Source: Bacteroidota bacterium
GTDB taxonomy: Bacteria > Bacteroidota > Bacteroidia > UBA7662
Assembly: GCA_016868875.1 (NCBI GenBank)
Contig: VGFN01000002.1
Coordinates: 1 to 47,586, forward strand
Length of the DNA: 47,586 bases
Direction of reading: 5' to 3'
This document shows, piece after piece, positions 38,069 to 47,039 of the stretch; the stretch's first letter is position 1; every line of letters begins with the position of its first letter. Below the pieces are notes generated by a model. The model did not search any database, was not told the origin of the DNA, and was given only the letters and a program-made list of their open reading frames with translations. Made by a program: the position numbers and the translations under genes.

Positions 38069-38422
38069 TTAAACCGCCTGCACCGTCGCCTTGGAATGCA
38101 ACATGCGATCCAAACTGGCTTCCAACGCCTTGAACCGCTCTCCAAGTTCTTCCTCCAACCCTGGGTCTGCTTGTGCGGTAACCGTGGGGGGTTCCGAAGC
38201 GGATGGGGTCGTTTCCTGATGTTGAATCAGGCTATGGGCCAAGAAGAAAGCGGTCATTCCCATCAAATCAAAGCGGTCTGCTCCGGGATGTTGGGCTTTG
38301 TAATCGGTAAGGCGTTCGTTAAGAAGTGATTCAGCCTGGCGTAATCTTTCCAGCTCCGGAGCTGGGGCCCGAAGGGGGTAGCTGCGGCTACCGATCTGGA
38401 TTTGGATTTCGCTGTGTTCCAT
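38069..38422 (-). CDS. zapA: Cell division protein ZapA
   Basis: IQIGSRSYPLRAPAPELERLRQAESLLNERL is a ZapA-like N-terminal block. The gene sits immediately upstream of rny. I chose the start at ATG 38422 to avoid overlapping the upstream ORF. Confidence 0.75.
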   Translation of the reverse strand: MEHSEIQIQIGSRSYPLRAPAPELERLRQAESLLNERLTDYKAQHPGADRFDLMGMTAFFLAHSLIQHQETTPSASEPPTVTAQADPGLEEELGERFKALEASLDRMLHSKATVQAV

Positions 38423-38442
38423 GGGTTGGGGTGAGTCAGTGA

Positions 38443-38739
38443 TTATTCCTGCAACTGAGCGAGGCATTGATCAATTTCTCGAATAAATTGGTTAATCTTC
38501 AGTTTGGCCTGATGGCGGGCGTCGGGATGACCGCTGAGGGCTCTTTGCAATTGCAAGGTTTTGAATGCTTCCTTGAGCGCATCGAGTTCCTTCTTCTGGG
38601 TGCGGAGGTTGAGTTCCAGGCGCTTGTTTCTGGCATGCAGGTCTTGGTTTTCGGTAAGAATCGCAGCGATGCGGTTCTCCGCAAAATCCGCCTGCCTAAG
38701 CAGGCCGTCCATTTTGTCCAGTAGTTCCCGGTTATTCAT
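38443..38739 (-). CDS. Small coiled-coil protein of unknown function (division-cluster associated)
   Basis: 98-aa ORF that fills the gap between pheT and zapA exactly. Heptad-like Leu/charged pattern: NQDLHARNKRLELNLRTQKKELDALKEAFKTLQLQ. Confidence 0.6.
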   Translation of the reverse strand: MNNRELLDKMDGLLRQADFAENRIAAILTENQDLHARNKRLELNLRTQKKELDALKEAFKTLQLQRALSGHPDARHQAKLKINQFIREIDQCLAQLQE

Positions 38740-38740
38740 C

Positions 38741-41209
38741 CTAACGACGCAATCTGGCCCCTAAAGATTTCTCAAAGGTAACAAGCATTGCTTGAATTGT
38801 TTCTTCGATTTGAGCATCGGTCAGCGTTTGTTCTGGATGACGGAAGGTCAGGCCAATGGCATAAGAAATATGGGCCTCTGGGAGTCCTTTCCCGCTGTAA
38901 ACATCAAAAAGCTGCAAGGACTCCAAATAGGGACCACCTTCCTGACGGGCCACTTCCTCCAATTTTCGGTACGGTGTCGAAATGGGCAATACCAAGGCCA
39001 AATCTCTGCGCATGGCCGGGAATTTGGGGATTTCGCGGAACGCTGGAATGGGGGCCTGCACGGTTGGAATCCAATCGGTCCAAGGCAGAATTGCAAAGTA
39101 CACCGGCTGTTTGATATCGTAGAGTCGCAACAAAGCCGGATCAACAGGCCTCCCTGCGGTGTTATCTGTAGCGGTGCCCCCGGTGCAGAATTGAAGCAGG
39201 TCTTGGACCTGTCCATTGAGGTAAGGTAGATCCACCGCTTGTTCGGGGCGATACCAGGTTTCGGGATGTTGTAAGCCAGTAACCATTAGGCAGAGGGACT
39301 CTTGTTCTTCGTATTCATCCTTTTTCGGATGGCGAAGGTAGGTTCGCCCAAATTCGTAACACAAAACACTTGTTTGGCGTCGTTTCAGATTATGCGCCAA
39401 ATGACGAAGTCCGCTGAGCACCAAAGAAGGTCGCAGCAAGGGGATTTGTTCGTTTACCGGCCCTAGAACTCGTACTGCGCGGTTCAGGTTCGGTTCGATG
39501 GCTTGAAACTCCTCTTGGGATACAAAGGATAAGCCCATGAATTCGCTGAACCCTCTGGCACTCAGCCAATCCGCGATTCGTTCTTGCCAAACGGGCCTGT
39601 TGGATTCAAGGGGGAAATCGTTGCGGTAACGATGCGCAGGGGGAATAGGAATTCGATCATAGCCCCATATCCTCAGGACCTCCTCGGCTACATCGGCACT
39701 TCGCCGAACATCCCTGCGGTAGTAGGGGGGCTTAAGTTTCCAACAGACCCCCAGCTCGTTCGATGTGGACGTTGATTCACCAAGGAATTCGAAGTCAAGG
39801 GCTTTCAAAATCCTCTCTGTTTCTTGGGCTGGAATTGCACAACCTGCAATTCGTTGTAAAGCCGATTGGTTAAAGGACAGGGCTGCTGTTTGGAGGGTTA
39901 CAGACTCAAGGAATTGCACAGGATAGGGAATGCGGCCACCTGCTGTTGCGAGAATAAGGCTCGCCGCTCGTTCCAAGGCAAGGGGTACCAAGGCGGGGTC
40001 GGTACCCCGTTCAAATCGGTACGAAGCCTCGCTGCGCAGATCGACCGTACGGGCACTCTGTCGTATCCGGGTAGGATCGAAACAGGCGCATTCCACATAA
40101 ATGGATACCGTATCGGGATGAATGGAGTCTCCAGCACCGCCCATAATTCCCGCCAAACCCACGGCCTTGCGTCCGTCCTCGATCACCAAGTTGGCTTGGG
40201 TTAAGGTGTATTCTTTCTGGTCCAAAAGGGTGAGCTTTTCGCCGTCTTTGGCTGGCCGAACCCCCAAGAGATTGCCCTCAAGGTAGGAACGATCGTAAGC
40301 GTGGAGCGGTTGCCCTAATTCAAATTGGATATAATTGGTGACATCCACAACGTTGTTGATGGGCTTCTGTCCTATGGAACGGAGTGCATCTTGCAACCAA
40401 TCCGGGGAGGGTCCGACCACAACCCCTTCGATGGCAAGACCTGCAAGACGGGGACAATCCTCCCCCTCAGCGACCCTCAAGGTCATGGGTGGATAAGCCG
40501 TGGATGCTCGGGCAGCATTGCTGGTTGGAAGAAGATTGGCTTGCGCCGATGGAGCCCCGTTGGCATCGAAAACAGAATTCTCGCGGCACAAACAACGGAG
40601 TGGAATGAGGGGTATGTCCAATGCAGCACCCAAATCCCTGGCAACCCCGTAATGGGACAAGGCATCCATACGGTTTGGGGTAATTCCCAACGTAAAAATG
40701 GTGTCGCTATGTTCCCCGTAATGCTCTACAAAGGGAGTTCCTGGAATGCAAGGCCTGGTCAAGACCATGAGGCCGTCATGGTCCTCGCTTATTCCAATTT
40801 CATCCTCGGCGCACAACATACCTTGACTGGATTCGCCACGGATTTTAGCGGATCGGATTTGGATCTCAGGGCCTTGGAAGGGATGCAAGGTTGACCCTAC
40901 TGGGGCAACGACCGCATACATCCCTGCGGTTACATTGGGTGCGCCACAGACGATGCGCAAGGGTTCTTCCAATCCAATATCGACCAGCGTTAGTTTCAAA
41001 CGATCGGCATTGGGGTGAGGCGTGCTTTCCAACACCTGGCCGATCACGAGGCCAGCCAATTCCTGTGCATTGCGACCTATCCTCTGGGCCTCCTCCACTT
41101 CCAGTCCGATGGAGGTTAGGGTTGATTCTACGGTCTGCGCATTGGGCCAGGTTGGCGCATCCGGTTCCAGATCAAAATATCGACATAACCAGCGGTAGGA
41201 TACCTTCAT
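38741..41209 (-). CDS. pheT: Phenylalanine--tRNA ligase beta subunit
   Basis: MKVSYRWLCRYFDL, tRNA-binding domain HPNADRLKL, B3/4 and B5 regions, and a C-terminal FDX-ACB-like domain. Length 822 aa. Confidence 0.95.
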   Translation of the reverse strand: MKVSYRWLCRYFDLEPDAPTWPNAQTVESTLTSIGLEVEEAQRIGRNAQELAGLVIGQVLESTPHPNADRLKLTLVDIGLEEPLRIVCGAPNVTAGMYAVVAPVGSTLHPFQGPEIQIRSAKIRGESSQGMLCAEDEIGISEDHDGLMVLTRPCIPGTPFVEHYGEHSDTIFTLGITPNRMDALSHYGVARDLGAALDIPLIPLRCLCRENSVFDANGAPSAQANLLPTSNAARASTAYPPMTLRVAEGEDCPRLAGLAIEGVVVGPSPDWLQDALRSIGQKPINNVVDVTNYIQFELGQPLHAYDRSYLEGNLLGVRPAKDGEKLTLLDQKEYTLTQANLVIEDGRKAVGLAGIMGGAGDSIHPDTVSIYVECACFDPTRIRQSARTVDLRSEASYRFERGTDPALVPLALERAASLILATAGGRIPYPVQFLESVTLQTAALSFNQSALQRIAGCAIPAQETERILKALDFEFLGESTSTSNELGVCWKLKPPYYRRDVRRSADVAEEVLRIWGYDRIPIPPAHRYRNDFPLESNRPVWQERIADWLSARGFSEFMGLSFVSQEEFQAIEPNLNRAVRVLGPVNEQIPLLRPSLVLSGLRHLAHNLKRRQTSVLCYEFGRTYLRHPKKDEYEEQESLCLMVTGLQHPETWYRPEQAVDLPYLNGQVQDLLQFCTGGTATDNTAGRPVDPALLRLYDIKQPVYFAILPWTDWIPTVQAPIPAFREIPKFPAMRRDLALVLPISTPYRKLEEVARQEGGPYLESLQLFDVYSGKGLPEAHISYAIGLTFRHPEQTLTDAQIEETIQAMLVTFEKSLGARLRR

Positions 41210-41227
41210 GGAGCAAAGATAAACCGC

Positions 41228-44200
41228 TTACTTTCGAACCATTTTGATCACGCGGGATTGGAAATTTTTTCCCTCCAAACGAGCCATGTACAAACCGGGA
41301 GCCAGTCCGTGTATTTCCAAATCAAGGAGGTTGGCCCCGGCGCGCAAAGCAATTTGCTTTGACCAGACCGTTACACCGCTTGTGTTGGTGAAGATCAATG
41401 AAACAACTTGATCCTTAGGGCTCTCCAATTGGAGGGTGACCAACCCGTCAAAAGGATTGGGACGTAAACCCCAAGTGACGAATTCAGGCTGGAACATCCC
41501 CGCCCCCCATTGGAGGTCAAAATGCTGAATTTGGTCAATGGCGGCCTCGACTATACTGGCCGGGGCTTGGTCATTGGCGATAAAGCGCAATTGAACTGTT
41601 GCATTGGGCGTCACGTAATCCGCAACTCGAAACACATTTCTGCGCCATTGACGATCACTGCGGTTGGTTCTTTCCACAAGTTTCCAAGTCGTGGTACCGT
41701 TGTTAATGTAAACTTCCAGAAAATCGGTGTTGGGGTTATCGCCCATATCGTTGGTGTACCAACGTTGATAGGCCAAAACAGGATCAGCCATGCCGGTCAT
41801 GTCCATAGGGGGTGTGCGCAACGTGGTACGTCCACCATCCACATCTTCCGTATCCGGGTCATCGCTGGAGGTAAGAGCATTCCCCGTGTAGGCACAGCGG
41901 CTACCACCGGGGGTTGCGTTGCTGCCCGTTTGAACGATGGTTGCAATGGAACCCGGGGTAACATACGATGGAATAGGTGTACCAATTTCCCAAATCCCCG
42001 TAACCGCGTTGTCGGTGGACCATCCAATGAGCCAAGTTGAATCTTGGGCGGGATTTTCGATATCCAAATTGTAGGTGTTCTGGAATCCCACCAGGTAATT
42101 GAACCAAAGGCCTGGGCTGGAGCTAAGATCGGCAAAAGGAGGATAGGCACCGCCTGATGCGCCGGTAAGGTCTTGAAGACCAACAAAGTACCTCACAATG
42201 GTTCCCCGTGGCTGTGCAGGGATGACTCCGCTGTAGCTGTTCCCGGCTCCTGCTGTCAATGCAATGGTATCGCAGGTACTTAAAGGGAGGTTGTTGAGGC
42301 GATAGATGAGCTTGGCCCCGCTGATCAAGGTGTTGAAAGGGGGGGTAATGCTCAATGTTACGTTAAATGGCGCTGGGGTCTGGGCCGGTATATCAGCTAG
42401 CGGGGGGTACGAGAATTGAACATTAGCCAGCATACGAATGCCATGAAAGGCAAAAGCGTTCACAATGGCGTTGAGGTTGGGGGTTCCGTTGGCCAGGTTG
42501 TTGTCGTTGTCATCCGCTTGCAATGCGTCAATCAATATATCCGTATAAACCACGCCTTCGCTACCGTTGGGTCCGTTGGCAAGGCCGTAGAGCGATTCGC
42601 TGAAGATTCCCATCATGCCGCTGTTGCTGTTCATGTTACGGGCCGTTCTCCACCATGCCCCGCAAATGATCTCACCATCCGCATGCACCTGTCCCACCAG
42701 ATTTTGAGGATAGATTTTGGGATTGATATCGTAGCGACGAACAATCACGTTCGGGCTGTTCAAATTGAATCCGACACCCAGCACGGGGGTATCGGTCAAC
42801 GTAATCGCATAAACATCCGAGTACCCTTCCCCTACGGCTCCGTTACGGAACTGCGTACCCAGCGCGTTATAAAAATAATTGGTGATGGCATGGCCATATT
42901 CGTGGTAAACAACATCGGCCACGATGGCCAGGGTATTGCATCCTCCGGCCTGGGTGTAGAAATTGATGCTGTTTCCGTTGAAAAAAGCATTGCAGTTCCC
43001 GTCGGTTCGCTCCACCTTGGTGGTCAATGGGATATCCAAGGCGGTGAAGGTGGGCAGGAAACTCTTCATGTAATCGTGTACCTTGGTGGTATGGTAATAG
43101 GCACTGAGGTGGGGAACCTTGTTCCAAAGGGAGGTGGAAGTCCCACGACCGTAATACTGGATGGTATCCCTTAGGGAATCAATAAGCAGGCTGAAGGTGG
43201 GCGTCGTGGTTCCGTTATTGCCTTGGACCACTTTGGAGAAACGACCCTCCAAAGGAAAAGTGCCGGTGGCAGGAAGCCCTGGCAAACCCAAGTCGTAGGA
43301 TCCTGTCGCTGAAGTGTAATACGTGTTACCACCAATCGTGAATTTTAGATGTGGCAAAGGCATGGCCGAATCCAAAGGGGCAAAGGGATGTTTGGGATAA
43401 ACTCGCCCCAACATGGTCAGGTTTCCGTTGGATTGTGGGGGTTGCTGGGCAAATTCCACCACCTTGTTTTCCCGCTGCCACAGGCGTCCGGTCTGAGCGT
43501 CCACCAAACAAGCATAACGGTAAGGAATTCCTTGATTATTTTGACCTTCGACCAGGATGTTGTAAACGAGATGGTATGAAATCGTCATGGCTTCTTTGCC
43601 GGGAACAGGTAGAATCTTCAAGGCCGGGTCCACCGATACCGCTTGGATATTGGTGATTCCAACAGAGGCCAGGCGTTGAGCTTCTGAGGGACGAATGCTG
43701 GCAACAGTAGAGATTTGAATTCCGGGATGCAGCTCGGAGGCCAACCAAACGAGGGCGCCCTCGGGCGTTCTTTTGAAGCCTAAGCGACCGCCGATGACTT
43801 GGAGCCCTTGGTACCATTGTTCATACCATTGGTAGCGGTATTTGCGGGAGGCATAGGTACTCCCTTCGCGCAATTCATCCACAGGCATGCCAAAGTCTTG
43901 GCACTCCTGACGGACGAAATCTAACACAGGATTATTGCCGGTCATGGACAAGGCAGGCCCGAAGAGACGATGAGGCTGGCCTGTATGTTGGTCAAAGAGA
44001 ACGTTCCATTCCGGGTGCCGAGCATGGAAATTGGACCATGCATTCCGCGCCCTCCATTGCCCTTGCAAATTTGCCTCGTAAGGGGTAGGCGCAGGTAGGC
44101 GTATTTCGAGCGGGTCTGGCGAATCTTCGGTCAGTTGGTTGGCCTGAGCGCCTTGTCCGGCTTGTTCCTGCGCGCCTTGTTCGGCTTGTTCCTGCGCGCC

Positions 44201-44323
44201 TTGTTCGGTTTGCTTAGGGGTGGACTTAGGAACCCCGTGGGCAGCCGTTGGGGTGTTCAAAAACAAGTTGCTTGCCATGAGGGCCCAGCAAAGACGAATC
44301 CATATGGTTCGAGTGTGTTGCAT
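41228..44323 (-). CDS. Secreted zinc metalloprotease (M36 fungalysin-like gluzincin) with a T9SS type-A C-terminal sorting domain
   Basis: Signal peptide. HEXXH in VVYHEYGHAITN with a downstream GAVGEGYSDVYA (third-ligand Glu block, similar to M36 GEGWSD). C-terminal ..GLAPGLYMARLEGKNFQSRVIKMVRK type-A tail. The exact peptidase family was not verified. Confidence 0.75.
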   Translation of the reverse strand: MQHTRTIWIRLCWALMASNLFLNTPTAAHGVPKSTPKQTEQGAQEQAEQGAQEQAGQGAQANQLTEDSPDPLEIRLPAPTPYEANLQGQWRARNAWSNFHARHPEWNVLFDQHTGQPHRLFGPALSMTGNNPVLDFVRQECQDFGMPVDELREGSTYASRKYRYQWYEQWYQGLQVIGGRLGFKRTPEGALVWLASELHPGIQISTVASIRPSEAQRLASVGITNIQAVSVDPALKILPVPGKEAMTISYHLVYNILVEGQNNQGIPYRYACLVDAQTGRLWQRENKVVEFAQQPPQSNGNLTMLGRVYPKHPFAPLDSAMPLPHLKFTIGGNTYYTSATGSYDLGLPGLPATGTFPLEGRFSKVVQGNNGTTTPTFSLLIDSLRDTIQYYGRGTSTSLWNKVPHLSAYYHTTKVHDYMKSFLPTFTALDIPLTTKVERTDGNCNAFFNGNSINFYTQAGGCNTLAIVADVVYHEYGHAITNYFYNALGTQFRNGAVGEGYSDVYAITLTDTPVLGVGFNLNSPNVIVRRYDINPKIYPQNLVGQVHADGEIICGAWWRTARNMNSNSGMMGIFSESLYGLANGPNGSEGVVYTDILIDALQADDNDNNLANGTPNLNAIVNAFAFHGIRMLANVQFSYPPLADIPAQTPAPFNVTLSITPPFNTLISGAKLIYRLNNLPLSTCDTIALTAGAGNSYSGVIPAQPRGTIVRYFVGLQDLTGASGGAYPPFADLSSSPGLWFNYLVGFQNTYNLDIENPAQDSTWLIGWSTDNAVTGIWEIGTPIPSYVTPGSIATIVQTGSNATPGGSRCAYTGNALTSSDDPDTEDVDGGRTTLRTPPMDMTGMADPVLAYQRWYTNDMGDNPNTDFLEVYINNGTTTWKLVERTNRSDRQWRRNVFRVADYVTPNATVQLRFIANDQAPASIVEAAIDQIQHFDLQWGAGMFQPEFVTWGLRPNPFDGLVTLQLESPKDQVVSLIFTNTSGVTVWSKQIALRAGANLLDLEIHGLAPGLYMARLEGKNFQSRVIKMVRK
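44148..44213. repeat. 24-bp in-frame tandem repeat, about 2.7 copies, inside the protease gene
   Basis: gcgccttgtccggcttgttcctgc (44148-44171), gcgccttgttcggcttgttcctgc (44172-44195), and a partial third copy. On the minus strand it encodes EQGAQEQAEQGAQEQAGQGAQ just after the signal peptide. Confidence 0.9.
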
Positions 44324-44376
44324 TTTCTAAAATTGAATCCCAATATTACACCCGGAACGGCCTTAATCTTGCCTTA

Positions 44377-44397
44377 AAAGAACCCTTTCAGAGGGCC
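44377..44397 (-). terminator. Weak candidate terminator after the lectin-domain gene
   Basis: On the minus strand, ggccct-ctga-agggtt forms a stem of 4 Watson-Crick pairs plus 2 G-U pairs, followed by cTTTT. Confidence 0.3.
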
Positions 44398-44415
44398 TGG
44401 GGATGCCTGATGGGT

Positions 44416-46392
44416 TTATTTATGTAGTCGCAATGCGCCGCCTAAGGTGGGTCGACCCGCCCTTTCGATGAGGTAATAGTAGGTCCCTGCCTCGAGCCCT
44501 TTTCCGTCAAAATCATTTTGGTAGGGGGACTGGTTCAAAACCTGCTGCCCCCAACGGTTGAATATTTGGATCTTGGCTTCCGGGTAGCGGTGTATGTTTC
44601 GAATGGAGAAGGTCTCGTTGATCCCATCTCCGTTGGGTGTCATGATGTTGTAAACTTCAAGATCCGGTTCTTTGACCTCAAAATCCAAAAAATTGCTCCG
44701 AGCATAGCGGCCATCATCGGGGTTCTTGCTCTGTACCCAAACTCGGTACAGACCTTGTTGCCAAGGTTTGGCAAACCTGAACAGCGTATCCGTTGTTTGG
44801 CCCAAATTCAGCGAATCGGGGTCGTTGAGTATAGGCTTACTTAGCCAAAGTTGGTAAACAGGGTTGGGCCATGCCTTGGCATAGCTTAACCAAGAAACGG
44901 TGGCTTCCAAGGCGGTATCGTTCCTGAGGGTATCCCCCGGCGCGCGCAGAAGGATATTGGAGACCGAATCACCGGGAGGGGCATCTAGGTTGCGATGGAT
45001 CTGCAGAATGATTCGGAAATCTCGGGCTTCGCTTACCGGGTTTGGAACCAAAACGTTGTAGACCGTGTCCTCAATGTCCACGAAGTACCCAATATCGTAC
45101 CATTGGTTTCCGAAAACCTCTTGGTTTCGTTGAAGTCGGTAGGCTTTGAAGAAGTCCGGCCGTAGGTTCACGGGTTGATGCCATGCAACGGTGACCTGGC
45201 TGTTGTCCGGAAGCACCGAGACATTACGAACATGCACGGGATTATTATATTCGTAACAATTATCAACGCGGATGATCAGGCTGTCAAATTCGTCGATGCG
45301 GGAGAAACAATCGCCAAGAATGGGGTCTTGATCCAAGCCCAAACGAATCACCAAATGGTAATCCCCGTTGAGAATAATCTCCTGCCCAAATCGTATTAAA
45401 ATGGAATCACTACGCCCATTCCGGCAGGGTGTTTCAATTCCCGAAATGGGCAACAAGAGGCCGTTGGGATCGTAGAGCCTGAATTCACTCCCCAACGAGT
45501 CAATGCTGGAACATATAAATTTCCCCTTCGTTTTGACCCAAAGGGAATCGGTGTAGCAGTTCCACCGCATCGCAGGGTTCAAGCTGAGGCTATCCTCTGA
45601 ATTAAAGCCTTGAAGAGCAGATCCATCCGTATAGATCGTTACGTTACGAATCGAATGCCGATCATTCTGGGCACCGGTTCCAGACGTAAAGCCAAGGTAT
45701 CCCACAAAATTTGCGGGCGCATACACGCGGTTATGCCAAATTACGTTGTTAACCGTCACCGTAACATATCCGCTATCGTATTCGATTTGGGCCGAGTTGT
45801 AATTGTTGGATCGAATAAAATTGAGATTTCCAGCTGTATTGGTAACCTTGAACAAGGTTAGAAAGCATTCATCATAACCAGGCCCGCTGTAAACTTGGAT
45901 TTCAGGATTTGCCCCACAGCCATTATCGTAAGGATCAAAGACGACTTTGAGTCCAGTGCCGTTGGTGGGTATTCCAATACCACCTCCTGAAACAAAGCCC
46001 GAAGGAGGTATGGAAAGAAAACAAAAAGCAATACCATCCGCAGCCGTTCCGTCAAAGATGCGGAATTCAAAATCAGCAATCCACCGGGTGCATAGGCTGA
46101 GGTCAAGCGGCAGATCGTAAAAAATTCCGCCACTGCCGCCGTTCACCGGGGGCATCAAGATAAGTTCGTTGGAAAAGGTGTCCACATCCCCGTTGGTATC
46201 CCCTATGCTAGCCAGGCCGTTCATGGTCCAGCCTGCGGTGTTCATCAACGGCTGCCCCTGCAACTGCGCATAGACAAAACCCTGTGCCCTTCCTTGATGC
46301 GCATCCAATAACAAAATCCCTAGAGCCCCCCAAAGGAAGCCCCTTCCTGACAATTTGGCAGAAAGACAGGTGAATAGCCGGGTTAATCCCAT
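44416..46392 (-). CDS. L-type (legume-like) lectin domain protein with a T9SS type-B C-terminal sorting domain
   Basis: Start chosen at ATG 46392 (MGLTRLFTCLSAKLSGRGFLWGALGILLLDAHQGRAQG). Lectin-like blocks: GGSGGIFYD, ADGIAFCF, GGGIGIP..GLKVVFDPYDN. The C-terminus VYNIMTPNGDGINETFSI..IQIFNRWGQQV..GTYYYLIE is a canonical type-B CTD. Confidence 0.8.
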   Translation of the reverse strand: MGLTRLFTCLSAKLSGRGFLWGALGILLLDAHQGRAQGFVYAQLQGQPLMNTAGWTMNGLASIGDTNGDVDTFSNELILMPPVNGGSGGIFYDLPLDLSLCTRWIADFEFRIFDGTAADGIAFCFLSIPPSGFVSGGGIGIPTNGTGLKVVFDPYDNGCGANPEIQVYSGPGYDECFLTLFKVTNTAGNLNFIRSNNYNSAQIEYDSGYVTVTVNNVIWHNRVYAPANFVGYLGFTSGTGAQNDRHSIRNVTIYTDGSALQGFNSEDSLSLNPAMRWNCYTDSLWVKTKGKFICSSIDSLGSEFRLYDPNGLLLPISGIETPCRNGRSDSILIRFGQEIILNGDYHLVIRLGLDQDPILGDCFSRIDEFDSLIIRVDNCYEYNNPVHVRNVSVLPDNSQVTVAWHQPVNLRPDFFKAYRLQRNQEVFGNQWYDIGYFVDIEDTVYNVLVPNPVSEARDFRIILQIHRNLDAPPGDSVSNILLRAPGDTLRNDTALEATVSWLSYAKAWPNPVYQLWLSKPILNDPDSLNLGQTTDTLFRFAKPWQQGLYRVWVQSKNPDDGRYARSNFLDFEVKEPDLEVYNIMTPNGDGINETFSIRNIHRYPEAKIQIFNRWGQQVLNQSPYQNDFDGKGLEAGTYYYLIERAGRPTLGGALRLHK

Positions 46393-46444
46393 TTGGAAGG
46401 TATTGGCAGGGTCTTTGAGGTAGGTACTTTGACTTTTTAAATTT

Positions 46445-47011
46445 ATGTACATGTCGGAATTTGAACCAAATGCCAACGCCCATCCAAACGATGAAAATGC
46501 CAACAACGAGGCCCAGGAGGTCAACGAACAGGAAACGAGTGGGGAAGAGGAAGGCGCTCAAGGCTCGTCCAACGACCTAAGCACTCAACTGGAGGAGTCC
46601 AAACAAAAATACCTGTACCTGCTATCGGAATTTGAAACCTACAAAAGAAGGATGGCGCGTGAGCGCATTGACCTGTTCCGCAACGCTGGGAAAGACCTCA
46701 TCGTCGAGTTGCTGCCGGTATTGGACGATTTTGAACGCGGTTTAGAAGTCATGAGCCAATCTTCCGATGTGGTCGCCATCCGCGATGGGGTGGATTTGGT
46801 TTACCAAAAATTCAAAAATCTTTTGACCCTAAAGGGCCTTCAGCCTATCGTTTCTGTTGGGGCCGAATTTGATGTCGAAAAGCATGAGGCCATATCCCGC
46901 ATGCCGGCCTCCAGTCCGGACCAAGTCAACAAGGTGGTGGCGGAGGTTGAAAAAGGGTATCTGCTCAACGAGCAGGTTTTGCGTTTTTCGAAAGTAATTG
47001 TGGGTGTTTAA
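46445..47011 (+). CDS. grpE: Nucleotide exchange factor GrpE
   Basis: Acidic N-terminus, YKRRMARERID, LLPVLDDFERGL, HEAIS, and GYLLNEQVLRFSKVIV. The start is ATG 46445 or 46451. Confidence 0.95.
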   Translation: MYMSEFEPNANAHPNDENANNEAQEVNEQETSGEEEGAQGSSNDLSTQLEESKQKYLYLLSEFETYKRRMARERIDLFRNAGKDLIVELLPVLDDFERGLEVMSQSSDVVAIRDGVDLVYQKFKNLLTLKGLQPIVSVGAEFDVEKHEAISRMPASSPDQVNKVVAEVEKGYLLNEQVLRFSKVIVGV

Positions 47012-47039
47012 TTCTTTCGCTTTAATTTAATCCGGTGTT

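Noticed and set aside
42416-43174. 252-aa ORF on the plus strand
   Set aside because: It is antisense to the catalytic region of the metalloprotease, whose HEXXH motif reads cleanly on the minus strand. The ORF has no motifs of its own.
46393-46524. N-terminal extension of the lectin gene to 46524 or 46452, overlapping grpE
   Set aside because: The extension would overlap grpE by up to 80 nt in divergent orientation. The ATG at 46392 is followed directly by a plausible signal peptide, while the extended part (MTSWASLLAFSSFGW...) would put it too far from the N-terminus.
46577-46600. CIRCE-like half site ctaagcactc inside grpE
   Set aside because: Only the left half resembles TTAGCACTC. The expected inverted partner GAGTGCTAA nine nt downstream is absent (agtccaaac), and the site lies within coding sequence.
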